60,474 bases of DNA from a virus (IMGVR_UViG_3300045988_152007:1-60474); one strand, 5' to 3'; positions 33,978-44,775 are shown, counted from the first letter of the stretch. Notes: a model not told the origin generated them from the sequence alone. Numbers and translations: made by a program.

Positions 33978-34456
33978 CTTAGCAATGCTCTTACAATTTC
34001 TTCAACACCTCCTCCGCCAAATAATCTTGAGCGAAATTAATACCAATTCGTTGTCCATTTTTAGGGGGGGTATAACGAATAGATTTAGTAGCTCCGCTAC
34101 ATTCTTCAACAGGAATTAAATAAACTTTTCCTTGGTGATAAGTAGCGAAAAAATCAATATCATTTTTTGTGTATGGAGTTTTTTTATAACCAGTCGTATT
34201 ATGACTTTGCCATCTCGTAGCAAAAGAAAAATGTGTAATTTCTCCTAATGTATATTCATCTTTAGCATGTTTAACTTGAACTTTATAAAGTTTACCTTTA
34301 TAATCCATAATTAAATCATACTTTTGACTATTTCCAAAAGGAAATGAAATATCACATCCCAGTTCATAAAGACCAGTAATACATTGTAATTCTGCTAAAT
34401 TACCGACTTCTTTAGAATTTCGTGTCATAAAATAGAAATTAAAAGAGTTTGCCGAG
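33978..34456 (-). mobile_element. 479-nt intervening sequence in a tRNA gene carrying a PD-(D/E)XK endonuclease ORF
   Basis: Same organisation and length as the insertion at 5097..5575. Confidence 0.5.
33991..34428 (-). CDS. PD-(D/E)XK-family putative homing endonuclease (I-Ssp6803I-like)
   Basis: ORF 33991..34464; probable start at the internal Met (MTRNSKEV) because 34457+ is tRNA exon sequence. Confidence 0.65.
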   Translation of the reverse strand: MTRNSKEVGNLAELQCITGLYELGCDISFPFGNSQKYDLIMDYKGKLYKVQVKHAKDEYTLGEITHFSFATRWQSHNTTGYKKTPYTKNDIDFFATYHQGKVYLIPVEECSGATKSIRYTPPKNGQRIGINFAQDYLAEEVLKKL

Positions 34457-35035
34457 TAAACCAAACGCTCTAACCAGCTGAGCTAATCCCGCATATAGTC
34501 TACTTAATTAAACTGCCAAGAAAAATTAAATAGACTTTTATAAAAATTCCTCATTGGGTATGGAGGCTATATCAAACTGGCTTTTACAGTAGGCCCAGTA
34601 AAGTGGATCTGCTTGATTTCCACAAGTATGAGTTTAATTAAAACAATTTTAACTCTAATTAAAACCTTGTTGCCTAGACTTTGACTATACATAGCGTTTG
34701 GACAAGGTAACTCAAACCTCGGGTTTCACTGTTACGTCGCTCCCCTAAGAACCAACGGAATGTTTTTCGATTACATTCAACGCCTTCTTTTGCTGTCCAA
34801 ACATGGCAGGTATCCTTTCCATCTTTTATCTTGTTCAACACAAGATGTGCTACCTTTATTGGTATCTCATACGCACGGTCTCCCGCAATATGATCTTGCC
34901 ATTACTCTTTAAGATTCTCTAATAGGATGAACTACGAGAATTTTGCTATCTTATATTACTTACGCGTTTTCATATAAGTGCCATTTAACGTCAGCGATGC
35001 TTTATGAAATTTCTCAAACTTGACCTGGTGATGGT

Positions 35036-35110
35036 GGAGGGATTTGAACCCTCGGTACCCTGCTTAAAAGGCAGGTGCCTTACCACTAGGCCACACCATC
35101 ATTCAATTTT
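35036..35110 (-). tRNA. tRNA-Lys(TTT)
   Basis: Acceptor GATGGTG/CACCATC, D-arm GCCTAGTGGTAAGGC, loop CTTTTAA, T-loop TTCAAAT, A73, CCA. Confidence 0.8.
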
Positions 35111-35676
35111 ATAATGTTGTTCAGCATGACAATTAGCACATAATAACTAACATTTATCAACTTCTTTTAATAAATTTTCAAAAGAAAATTCACCTTCATT
35201 TAAATTTACTTGAGAAATTGTAAATTCTTTTTCTTGCGGATTTAAATGATGAAACTATAAAGCTCCTTCACATTTATCATAACCACAAATTTCACATTTT
35301 CCGCCTTTATATACTATTAATTTATGTTTAATAATTCTTTTGATATGTCTTAATCGGTCAGCTGCTGATATATTGTCTGGAGAACAATTAAAACAATATT
35401 TTCTTTTAGGATTATTAGTTATAAACTTTTCTCCACAAATTAAGCATTGCTTTTCTTTGCTAATATTAAAAAGATTATTTTCATTATGCTACCCGCAACT
35501 TGTAGTTCTACCATCTGTTAAATGACAAGTCTAAATAATTTTATGAGTTCCGCATAATAAACATTCACATTCCCAATAAGTCTTTTTATTTCTAGTAGGA
35601 GCTTTCTAAATACATTTTAAATTTCCAAATACTTTATTCGTTAAATCTAAGGCTTTTGGCAATTAATTACCTTCTT
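35109..35676 (-). CDS. HNH homing endonuclease (~189 aa), probable TTG start, 4 in-frame TAG; stop overlaps the first nt of tRNA-Lys
   Basis: Hand translation: CEICGYDKCEGALQFHHLNP...LLCANCHAEQH. Confidence 0.5.
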
Positions 35677-36270
35677 TCTATTTTATTCTATTATATTTAG
35701 GAAATAAAAGTAATTAATTAGCTCACTTCGTCCAAATTTATTTTTTTCGACTGAGCTACAACCGCATATCGCATTTCAGAGGTTCCGGACCCTCCTGAGC
35801 AGCGTCACTCAAATAAGATTTTGTCACCTAATTTTTAAAACCTTATCAAAAAACAAACCAGTTTTTTAGCTGAACCTTTAACTCCCTTTCCGTTTTTACT
35901 TATATGTCAAGAAACAACCAAAGAGAAAGTATAAAAAGATAACATATAGGCAGATCATTTATAGACGCACACTATAAACTCGTCTTGCGGTCATGTTATT
36001 TTATAATCAAGTAAGTAATAACTTCAACCGCATTTCTTTAACTTAAATAACCTTTAATAATAGTCCTATATTAAATAATTAGTTATGGGCGACTATTATT
36101 TCCCAGCTTTAATTAATCCTTCTATTGGAATTGAACCAATACCTCCGCCTCTTTCAGGCAGCATGCTTCCATTACACCAAGAAGTAATATACATATGGCT
36201 TATTTACATAACGATGGAGCCACCAACCACCGAGCCTTGATTATAGTGAGTATAGCTACTACTTCACTAT

Positions 36271-36346
36271 TGGTACCGGTGAAAGGACTCGAACCTTCAG
36301 ATTAATGATCCTAAATCATTCGCCTATGCCATTCGGCTACACCGGC
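36271..36346 (-). tRNA. type I tRNA with anticodon UAG (Leu CUN by anticodon, but short V-arm)
   Basis: Acceptor GCCGGTG/CACCGGT, anticodon stem AATGA/TCATT, loop TTTAGGA, T-arm GAAGG-TTCGAGT-CCTTT, A73, CCA. Confidence 0.5.
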
Positions 36347-36599
36347 ATATGGTGGAAAGAAGTATTTCACCTTTTATAGCGCGCTTCTCCCCGTTCCCGC
36401 GCTACCCCTCTCCCAATTAGCTTGATTACAAGAAGATTTTACTATGAAGTTCATCATAGCTAACTATAAAATTTCTTTATAGCTATATATATTAAAACCC
36501 GATTTCCCTTTGCCTCAGTTTATTTTTAATTGGTCTATTGCCAACGGTAGGTGACTAATCTACCTAGTTCAAATCGGAAACCCCATGTATAAGACCAAT

Positions 36600-36676
36600 T
36601 GGTGGGACAGAGAGGTATCGAACCTCCATCCTTTGGTTTTTCAGACCAATGCTCCGACCTCGTAAGCTACTGTCCC
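36600..36676 (-). tRNA. tRNA-Phe(GAA)
   Basis: Acceptor GGGACAG/CTGTCCC, loop CTGAAAA, T-arm GGAGG-TTCGATA-CCTCT, A73, CCA. Confidence 0.8.
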
Positions 36677-36716
36677 ATACAAATGAGAATTTATTTCTCA
36701 TTTATTTTGTATATAT

Positions 36717-36745
36717 ATTTTATAATATTTTTTTTAATTTTTCAA
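36717..36745 (-). promoter_or_regulatory. sigma70-type promoter TTGAAA-N17-TAAAAT (minus strand)
   Basis: Motif family member with a variant -10. Confidence 0.45.
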
Positions 36746-36985
36746 TTAAACTTCAGGATGACGAACAAAAAATTCAATAAACAAGCCTTCATCCTGCTTA
36801 CTATCACAGAAAAGTTCCAATTCATCACCATGCTGGCCGAGCAATGCACCAAGTGCAATATACTGTGAAAGTGCAGATTTCATATTATATCTATCACCCT
36901 GCGGACTAACCAGCCATACATTACTATGTGCCCGATTAACTGCTGCGATAAAATCTTCAACCTACTTAATATTTGTCAACTTCAT
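36746..36985 (-). CDS. small hypothetical protein (~80 aa), one TAG
   Basis: Hand translation MKLTNIKQVEDFIAAVNRAH...; GC-richer codons. Confidence 0.35.
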
Positions 36986-37011
36986 TATTTTGATTCCTTT
37001 CTATTGGAATA

Positions 37012-37159
37012 TGGTGGGGCCGGTTGGATTCGAACCAACGATTTGGCAATTTGGCCCAAAATGTTAGGTTTGAACTCACATCTTTCTTGCGCATAGACTA
37101 TTTTACCATTTAAACTAATCTTGGATAAGTTGCCGGCCTTACCGCTTGGCCACGACCCC
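37012..37159 (-). tRNA. tRNA with Gln-like D-arm split by a 73-nt anticodon-loop insertion (37055..37127); anticodon CCA under the U/G boundary rule, UCA or UAA under others
   Basis: Exon1 GGGGTCG-TG-GCC-AAGCGGTAA-GGC-C-GGCAA-CT; exon2 CCAAA-TTGCC-AAATC-GTTGG-TTCGAAT-CCAAC-CGGCCCC-A-CCA. Confidence 0.45.
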
Positions 37160-37190
37160 ATTTATTTAATTTCTTATTGATTACTTATAT

Positions 37191-37219
37191 ATTATATTAT
37201 ATTTTTTTAATTTTTTCAA
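37191..37219 (-). promoter_or_regulatory. sigma70-type promoter TTGAAA-N17-TATAAT (minus strand)
   Basis: Motif family member. Confidence 0.6.
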
Positions 37220-37250
37220 ATTAAGAAATTTACCCAAGACTTTTTATACT

Positions 37251-37325
37251 TGGCTCCAAGGAAGGAATTCGAATCCTTATTTTCAGAATTAACTCTGATG
37301 AATTATCCAGTTATTCGACCACGGA
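37251..37325 (-). tRNA. tRNA-like gene with an aberrant 6/8-nt anticodon loop (GTTAAT); anticodon unclear (UAA or AAU)
   Basis: Acceptor TCCGTGG/CCTTGGA with one mismatch, D-arm GAAT-AACTGGATA-ATTC, T-arm AAGGA-TTCGAAT-TCCTT, G73, CCA. Confidence 0.35.
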
Positions 37326-37370
37326 AAAAAGTTTAAGTTGCTGTAAAAGCCTTTCTCTTTTTATATAAAT

Positions 37371-37399
37371 ATTATATAATATTTTTTATTAAAAATCAA
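37371..37399 (-). promoter_or_regulatory. sigma70-type promoter TTGATT-N17-TATAAT (minus strand)
   Basis: Motif family member. Confidence 0.55.
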
Positions 37400-37411
37400 A
37401 TAATTATTTTA

Positions 37412-37540
37412 TTCAAACAAGACTTATTTGATTTGGTTCCGCTGGGTTTAACCGCTTCCCTACCTCCGCCATATAATGGTGGGGAGGGCAGGATTCGAAC
37501 CTGCGTAGCATTTGCGACGGATTTACTGTCCATTTTTTGC
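37412..37540 (-). other. non-matching tRNA halves in permuted order: a 3' half with CCA (37466..37540) followed by an unrelated 5' half (37412..37451)
   Basis: GCAGG-TTCGAAT-CCTGC-CCTCCCC-A-CCA, then TTATAT, then GGCGGAG-GT-AGGG-AAGCGGTTAAA-CCC-A-GCGGA. Confidence 0.25.
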
Positions 37541-37575
37541 TGTTAAAGTCTTTATTTTCTTTATTTTGTATATAT

Positions 37576-37604
37576 ATTATATATTAATTTTTATTAAATA
37601 TCAA
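37576..37604 (-). promoter_or_regulatory. sigma70-type promoter TTGATA-N17-TATAAT (minus strand)
   Basis: Motif family member. Confidence 0.5.
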
Positions 37605-38281
37605 ATTTATAAATTTTTTCTTGTGAATGATTATCAATAATTTCAATTAATTCATTAAGATAATTTTTATTTTCTGCAACTTTATCAATTTCAATAGCTA
37701 AATTTAAAGCTGTATAACTAAAAGAGAGCTATTCTTTAATTCCAGGAATTTTTTTTATTTCTTCAGTAAATTGCTATAAATTACTTTTATTCAAATAAAA
37801 ATTTCCCAACAATAAAAATAAATTAGTTTTACCATTAATTAAAAAATAAATCTAATCTAAAATTTTCCAAAATTGTTTATCTATTTTTTTAAAATTATTA
37901 AATAGCAATTTTAAACAATAATTTATATAACTAATATTTTGTTCAAAATTAAAATTATTAAAATCAGTATATATTAACTAATTATCAAAATTATAATTAT
38001 TATTAATAATCTACAATAATAATTTATATCTATTAATAAAAATTTTATCTTGAATTTCCATAATTTTATATAATTCTATACCTTTATATTGTTTTAATAT
38101 ATCCTTATGTAAAATATATTTTTGACATAAATATTCATAAACAGATAAAATCTAAATATCCATATTATATTTTTGAAAATTTATATTCTTATAATTACTT
38201 ATACAAAATAAAATATTATCTTGTATAAGATACATATAATATATCTTACAGTTATATGTATTTTCGATAAATATTTTTAAA

Positions 38282-38932
38282 TTATAATGGTTCATTTCTA
38301 CCTGTGCCACTACATGTGCCAGTACAGCTTTTACATAAACCTGAACAACTTCCTCCACACAATCCAGTACAATCGTTAGCACAATGTCTTGTACAGCTAC
38401 CACTGCATCCACTACATCCTGTATAGCATCCACCTGAGCAAGAACCACTACATCCGCTACAGCTACCACTACAACTGCTTCGACATCCGCCTCTGCAAGT
38501 GTTTTGACAACCTCCTTGGCAAGTATTCTTACAACTACCTAAACAAGTTCCCTAACATTGTACTCCACAACTTTCGCTACAACTGGTAGAACATAATCCA
38601 GTGCAATAAGCTGAACATCCAGTATTCGAATCAGTTAATCCCATAGCTTGATAAGCTGTAATTTTTGCCTCTAATGTACTTAAATCATCATCTTTAATAA
38701 CATTTATATTTTCATTCTGATTTTCAATATTTATTGCCGCCATAGGTTCTACCAGTTTTGTTATGTGTTCTTTTGAAATAACTTTTCCATTATCAGGCTA
38801 AGTAGTATAATCATAAGAAGTCCCTCCATATGAACTTACACTACCGGTATATTTACGACGTAAACATTCAGCCTTTATTTTTTTCTTTAATTCATTGAAT
38901 CTATCAGAAGTTATTGTCGTTCCTATTTTCAT
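38282..38932 (-). CDS. Cys-rich repetitive protein (216 aa; about 30 Cys in the C-terminal 110 aa with GCSGSCSG-type repeats), one TAG; candidate radical-SAM substrate
   Basis: 651 nt in frame; AAGGAGA before ATG; contains ORF 38552..38743, which ends in TAG. Confidence 0.55.
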
Positions 38933-40244
38933 TTGTCATTGTCTCCTTTATTATATTATATTCATCCTAAGAGATAATTTTTAATGCTTTTTCCCTATCT
39001 CCATTAAATTTAAATCGTTTATTCGAGTTTATTTTTTTTAAAATAGAATTTAAATAATATAAAGAAGCTAGAACTGTAGCATAATGCATATCACAAATAT
39101 AAGTAACTCTTTTATTAACATTACCTGTTTCTTGATAATTATAAGCTGTACACCAAGAGCATCCTCCAGAAATTTCACAATCTAAACATTCTTGAGGAGA
39201 TTGACTAATAACTGTTATTTCAGATAAATCTTTTAATCTATTGATGGTTAAATTATCTTGGCCTATTCCCTAATAAATATCTCCAATATAATATTCTGGC
39301 TGATTACTTATGCTATCTTCCATATAACGTAAACATGGATAATATTTACCTTTCCAATTTAAGGCTAACATACGACCATTCCCGCCACACCAATTATCAT
39401 TAGATAAATTTTTACTTCCATCATTAATATAAAAAATAGATAAATAAACTTTATCCCACAAATCATTATTTAATAAATAATCAGCAATTTTTTTTAACTA
39501 ATAATATAATGTAGTGGCATGGTTAAGTTCCCAACCTTTTTCATACACACAATTTAGATTGATTTGACTATAACCATTGTTTATCATTTCTAAAACAGCG
39601 TCATATAAATAATCTATATTAAATGGAGAGATAGTCATTTTACTCCCAATCCATTTATTATAATTATGACTATAATGTAATGCGGCAGACAATGCTTTAT
39701 CATAACTACCACTACCATCAGGGAAAACTCTACAAGCGTCATGTAATTTTTTATTTCCATCAATAGAAATTGATAAACTTAAATTTTCATTATTTTTTTT
39801 AATATACTCTTGTACTTTTTGTTCAAAATATAAAATACCATTAGAACTAATTGAAATTTTATATTTAGTAGCCCAAGGATGCCGCAATTCAATCATTTTA
39901 TTAATAAAATAATCAGTAATCTAATCAATTAATTCAATTTCTAAAAATGGCTCTCCACCTATAAATTCTATTATTACTCCTGGTATTTTATAAGAATCAA
40001 TATAACCAATAATTTTATTATCTCTGGTTAATATCTAATCAATCATCTGTTTAGCTGTTTCAAAAGATAATTTATGTTTACCTTTATGCCCTTGATAACA
40101 ATAAGTACAATTTAAACAACAATCATCTGTAACCTAAAATGTTAATGTAAATACAGACTAAGAATTTAAACAATCTTCAGGATATAAACGACCTATAAAA
40201 TCAGAAAATTCTTCAGGAATGTGGCTTATTTTAGGAAATAACAT
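38904..40244 (-). CDS. radical SAM / SPASM-domain maturase-like protein (446 aa), in-frame TAGs
   Basis: CLNCTYCY, GGEPFL and a C-terminal Cys cluster (CGGNG...CLDCE..GGCSWC); 1341 nt in frame; joins ORFs 39498..39896 and 39270..39461. Confidence 0.6.
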
Positions 40245-40512
40245 CAATAATTACCTCATTTGTATAAAAATCTAAATTCCAATTGCAAGTTTGATTCCCA
40301 ATTTCTGGTTTGATATAATTATTTTCTAATTCTAATTTAGCTAATTCATATTCAGCAAATAATTCTATATACTCATTATGATAATCATCAAAAGCTTTAT
40401 TTCTAATATTTTGTCTAATTAAAAATTGACATAAATTTTTTCTAGCTTCAATTTCATAATTTAATTTCTAAAGATAATTTACTTCTTCTTGAGGAATTAT
40501 AATCTTCTTCAT
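40231..40512 (-). CDS. small hypothetical protein (93 aa), one TAG
   Basis: ATG 40510-40512; ends 14 nt inside the radical SAM gene start. Confidence 0.35.
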
Positions 40513-40620
40513 ATTTTTTATTCCTTTCTTATATAAGAAATTTAATTATTTAATTAATATAATATACCCTATATAAATAATTATAACATAAAAATAAGAG
40601 AAAGTCAATTTGACTTTCTC

Positions 40621-40929
40621 TTATAAACCAAGCTTTTCAATTAAAGCTTTTAAATTTTCTTCTTCTTCTGGACTAATTTCTGTAGCCTTCTTTACAGACT
40701 GAATTGTTGCACCATCTTCAAAATTAAGTTCATTATTACCAAAATCCATAGAACCAAAATTTTCCACAGGAGTTTTCGGACAAGTTAAACTAATTGCAAT
40801 CTGAATATATTGTCCATTTTCTTTAGCTCGCACATAATACTTTTTATCATAAGATCCGAGGAAATCTTCACCAAATGCTTCTGCAATTTTTTCTACAACA
40901 GCATCTTTAGCAATACTACCTTTTGCCAT
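40621..40929 (-). CDS. hypothetical protein (102 aa)
   Basis: ORF track. Confidence 0.55.
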   Translation of the reverse strand: MAKGSIAKDAVVEKIAEAFGEDFLGSYDKKYYVRAKENGQYIQIAISLTCPKTPVENFGSMDFGNNELNFEDGATIQSVKKATEISPEEEENLKALIEKLGL

Positions 40930-42251
40930 TATTCATTCTCCCTATCAAATAAAATTTCATCATAACAAGCTTCACAATAGTAAGCATTGTTTTCTTCATC
41001 ATAAATTAAATCTTTTTTATCATAATACATATTACAATTATCACATATCTAATAATTGTCTCCGCAACTACGGCATACATAACCATCATCATCATCTAAT
41101 GATATTGCTTCAGGAATATAAATACGTCTACCGCACTCTCTACAGAAAGTAAAATCTTCTGTTTCTTCTGTACCATATTTAAGTTCGCAATCAATACAAA
41201 GCATTGTATCTGTTAAAACACAATCATTTTTACCACAAATACAGCATTTTACATCATGTCCTATATTAACTTTAGTAGTGGTACGAGTTCTTGGAAGAAT
41301 TAACTTATCTTGTGGAATACCTTCTTCATGCCAATAAGGTTCACTATAAGCAATACTAAACCAATAGTCATATACAGTAGAATGAAGAGGGTCATTGTAA
41401 TGCAAAGGATTTTTTGGGTCAACAATAACCTTAATATCTGGGGTCATTACGTATCCCGTAGGCAATAAACGAACTTCATTAGAAAAAATTTTATCATTTA
41501 TTGTAAATGTATTATATTTTTCATGACACCAATCAGTAAAACGGTATCCTTGCCCGAAAAATGTTTCATACAGTTCAAGAGCAAAATCTTGTAATCCTTT
41601 ACTTTCATAAGGATAATGCCGACCTGAAATAACCATAGTATCATCATCAGACACATGAAGAAGCATACGCCACTTCTTATCCACCCATGGCACATCATCT
41701 GGAAATCTAGGTAAAACTGCGTCATGTTCACTCTTAATATAACATATAATTGTACAATTATCTGCCATATAAGATAAATTACCAGCCCGATATTCTCCAT
41801 CAAGTGCATGGCATGACCGCCAGTTATGCGTATTTTCACTTAAACTAAGATAATCCAATGGATGAACTGACATACAAAAATATCCACTAATTTTTGTATT
41901 CTGAATGAGCATACTGGCTTTATCTTGTATTTCAGTAAGAATTTCCTTATCTTCTACAAAATATTTAAATGCTTTAATTATTTTCATTCCTTTTGGAATG
42001 ATAGTTCCATTATTCATTGGATAATCTTCGCTTAAAATATTATTATAAAAATCTTTTCTATTATTTTCAACAAAATCTCTTAATTCAAATAAGCCATAAC
42101 GCCAACGAATGTTGTCAATAAAACAATCTAATTCAGCTTTTTTATCATCTTCTGAAATAGACATTGTAATAGGTGCATGGCTTTGATAAATTAATTTATT
42201 ACCAGGAAGCCTGCTATAAAATTTGCATTTATTCTCTTCCCAATCATTCAT
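40929..42251 (-). CDS. paralog family B protein (HPLDY...W.SC core plus C-terminal CxxC zinc-ribbon repeats), 440 aa with one TAG
   Basis: ORF 41049..42251 ends in TAG and continues to TAA 40929-40931. Confidence 0.6.
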
Positions 42252-42331
42252 TAATTTATCAATATTTAAAAGGTTAATATCCAGCCCCTATGAATAGGCA
42301 ATAACCTTCTTTACTTGTTCTTTAATTTCAT

Positions 42332-43330
42332 TTAAATTACAACAGGGACTCGACATTTATTACATACTCTTTCTTTCATATTATTTGAATAAAATAAATT
42401 ATAACATCTTTCACATTGATGAATATTAGGATCAAGTGCTAAACATTCAGGACATACATGGACCTTTACTCCATCAATATCAAGAGGAAAATCTTCCCAC
42501 TCATAATATAACTGATTACAAAAACTACAATTAAGAAGTTTATCATCATCAAAATCATAAGGCATATGATATTTATTAGTTAATGTAATCCACTGAAGAT
42601 ATTCCTTGCTAGGAATAAATTTATATTTATCTGCATTTTCGATATCATCAAGCATTTTACATACTTTATTAATTGTATTATACAATGTTCTAATATGCAA
42701 ATCTTCATTTTGAGTATGTTCATGATGATAGCCAACTGATAAATTTACTCCGGCAATTTCCCATTCAGGCATAATAATACTAATATCTGTAAATGATCCA
42801 ATTGCTTGCTTAAAGCCGAAACTTTCAACATAATCCATGAACGTAAAATTTTCACACTCATAGAAGACACAATCTCTTTCACCAGCTCTATCAAGCTCAA
42901 TCATGTACTTAATATTTGGAGCTACTGGATGTTCTTCAACAAATATATGTGCCCCATAGCCACCCATTTCTTCATCTGTTGTAAAAAGAACATAAGGTCT
43001 ATACTTTTTGCGTAAAATCTGAATAATCGCAAAAACACCTGCTCTATCATCTGCTCCAAGACCTTCCTTGCCTTTATAAACAGCTCTTTTCTCATTATAA
43101 GTAAATTGACGAATTGGCTGTCTAAATACAGTATCTACATGTGCGATAAGCATAACAGGAATATTGCCTTCAGCATATACATAATCTTCTGTAATCTCTA
43201 CATTAGAATATTTATTAGATACAAAATCACCAAGAGCTTTCAAAAGACCTACTTCGCTAATCTTGAATAGTCCTTCCAAAAGCCCTCTACAATTTTCAGT
43301 AAACTCAGGAACTAAAACTTTTTTACCCAT
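42332..43330 (-). CDS. M20/M42-like metallopeptidase-domain protein with a C-terminal zinc ribbon
   Basis: ORF track 332 aa; motifs LIAHVDTV and GADDRAG; C-terminal CPEC...CERC...CNKC. Confidence 0.55.
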   Translation of the reverse strand: MGKKVLVPEFTENCRGLLEGLFKISEVGLLKALGDFVSNKYSNVEITEDYVYAEGNIPVMLIAHVDTVFRQPIRQFTYNEKRAVYKGKEGLGADDRAGVFAIIQILRKKYRPYVLFTTDEEMGGYGAHIFVEEHPVAPNIKYMIELDRAGERDCVFYECENFTFMDYVESFGFKQAIGSFTDISIIMPEWEIAGVNLSVGYHHEHTQNEDLHIRTLYNTINKVCKMLDDIENADKYKFIPSKEYLQWITLTNKYHMPYDFDDDKLLNCSFCNQLYYEWEDFPLDIDGVKVHVCPECLALDPNIHQCERCYNLFYSNNMKERVCNKCRVPVVI

Positions 43331-43359
43331 TTCTTATTCCCTTCTATTATTATATAAAT

Positions 43360-43388
43360 ATTATATAATAATTTTATTAAATAATCAA
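43360..43388 (-). promoter_or_regulatory. sigma70-type promoter TTGATT-N17-TATAAT (minus strand)
   Basis: Motif family member. Confidence 0.5.
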
Positions 43389-44212
43389 TTAGGGCTTATC
43401 TGTTCTTGGTCTTCTCCCTCATGCTCGGCAATATACTCCTTGGCCCATTGACGTCCAGCCCGTTCGAAATATAATACTTTATCACACATTTGACAATAGG
43501 GCTTAGGTGTTTCACATACTTGTTTACAATTAAGACGCATTTCATCAAGACCTTCATACACCAATCTATCATCAATATTAGTATTAAGTCCAAAAATCAA
43601 TGAATTCATGTCATTTGGCCAAGACTTATCTTCAAAATAAATGCGGTAGAAGGCTCGTTCTTGCGTAGGCCCATCATTTTCAAATTCACAAACATCAAAA
43701 TATGGTTCATAAATATCAAGTTTTTCTGGACGAACCCAAGTGCCATGTAAGCCACTCATTTGTGGAATATGCCCTTGGATATATGCCCGATTTGGTACAA
43801 TCCTTAACGGGATATCTATTTTTTTTACTTCATTTAAATCAAAGAAGATAGGAGCATCAATATAAGCATATGATACACCTAATTTTTTTAGATTATACAG
43901 CTCATAATATGTTTTTGCTGGTTCACTATAAAAAAATTTAAAATCGTATTTCTCCATCCAGCGTAATGTAAGCAAAGGATTTAGATCATGCAACCGAATA
44001 TAGAAGGTGTGGCCCTAATGTAGGCCGGCCTTACAAGTAGCTATACTTTTCCAATCCATTGGTTTGCCTTTTGGAGCATCTATGACAAAATCTTTATCAG
44101 GATATTTTTCTACTAAATCAAGAAGTTGGTCAATATATGCCCACTTAACCTCGACCTATTCTGCCTTTTGGAGATATTGTTCTTCTTGATTATGTCTTAA
44201 ACAAACTTTCAT
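43385..44212 (-). CDS. hypothetical protein (275 aa), two in-frame TAG
   Basis: ORF 43385..43993 extends in frame to ATG 44210-44212. Confidence 0.5.
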
Positions 44213-44352
44213 TTTTATCTACTCCTTTTTTATATTATTTTATCATATTATTAATATTTAGTCAAAAAAATTCTTAAACCACTTTTTAATTTGGATGTTC
44301 GGTATAGACGCTTGACCTTGGCCGGAGCAGCATCCTAAAAGGGCAAAACAAA

Positions 44353-44372
44353 AGGGTCGGTTTCCCGACCCT
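44353..44372 (-). terminator. rho-independent terminator GGGTCGGGAAACCGACCC plus T-run
   Basis: GC-rich hairpin then TTTTGTTTTG on the minus strand, right after gene 44380..44775. Confidence 0.6.
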
Positions 44373-44379
44373 TCATTTA

Positions 44380-44775
44380 TTAAGCCTTTGCATAGCACAT
44401 GGCATGACGTGCCTTCTCGCCCTCGCCGCCAGGAATCTTCATTTCCTGCTTCTTTACAAGACCATCGCGGACAAGACCTGCAAGACGATGACGAACCTTA
44501 CCCAGAGTAATATCTTCATCACCAATAAAATCATGAATTACATCAGCAGTACGGAACTGCTCGTCAAGTGCAGCAAATACCTTCTCGCGTGCAATATCAG
44601 GTTCAGCCTTCTTAGCTTCACGCTTCTCGCGATCCTTGGCATTACGCTGATCAATACGGTCAATTTCTGTCTGACAGAAATCAACCAGAGTCTGCGCATC
44701 AACTTCGACCTCTTCACCGCACAGCTTGCCAATCAGAGCATCATACAGCTCACGCTTCGTAAACTTCTTTTCCAT
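44380..44775 (-). CDS. hypothetical protein (131 aa), GC-richer
   Basis: ORF track. Confidence 0.6.
   Translation of the reverse strand: MEKKFTKRELYDALIGKLCGEEVEVDAQTLVDFCQTEIDRIDQRNAKDREKREAKKAEPDIAREKVFAALDEQFRTADVIHDFIGDEDITLGKVRHRLAGLVRDGLVKKQEMKIPGGEGEKARHAMCYAKA

Larger units (their letters stand above)
33936..34491 (-). tRNA. type I tRNA (Val(UAC)-like body) split by a 479-nt insertion; exon1 34457..34491, exon2 33936..33977; one junction gives anticodon UUA
   Basis: Exon1 GCGGGAT-TA-GCTC-AGCTGGTTA-GAGC-G-TTTGG-TTT...; exon2 ...TAAT-CCAAG-AGGTC-ATTGG-TTCGAAT-CCAAT-ATCCTGC-A-CCA. Confidence 0.5.

Noticed and set aside
38152-38469. ORF 38152..38469 (VVDAV-rich)
   Set aside because: It is an overlapping alternative frame of the Cys-rich repeat gene 38282..38932. 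Its composition mirrors the GC-rich Cys/Ser/Gly codon repeats.
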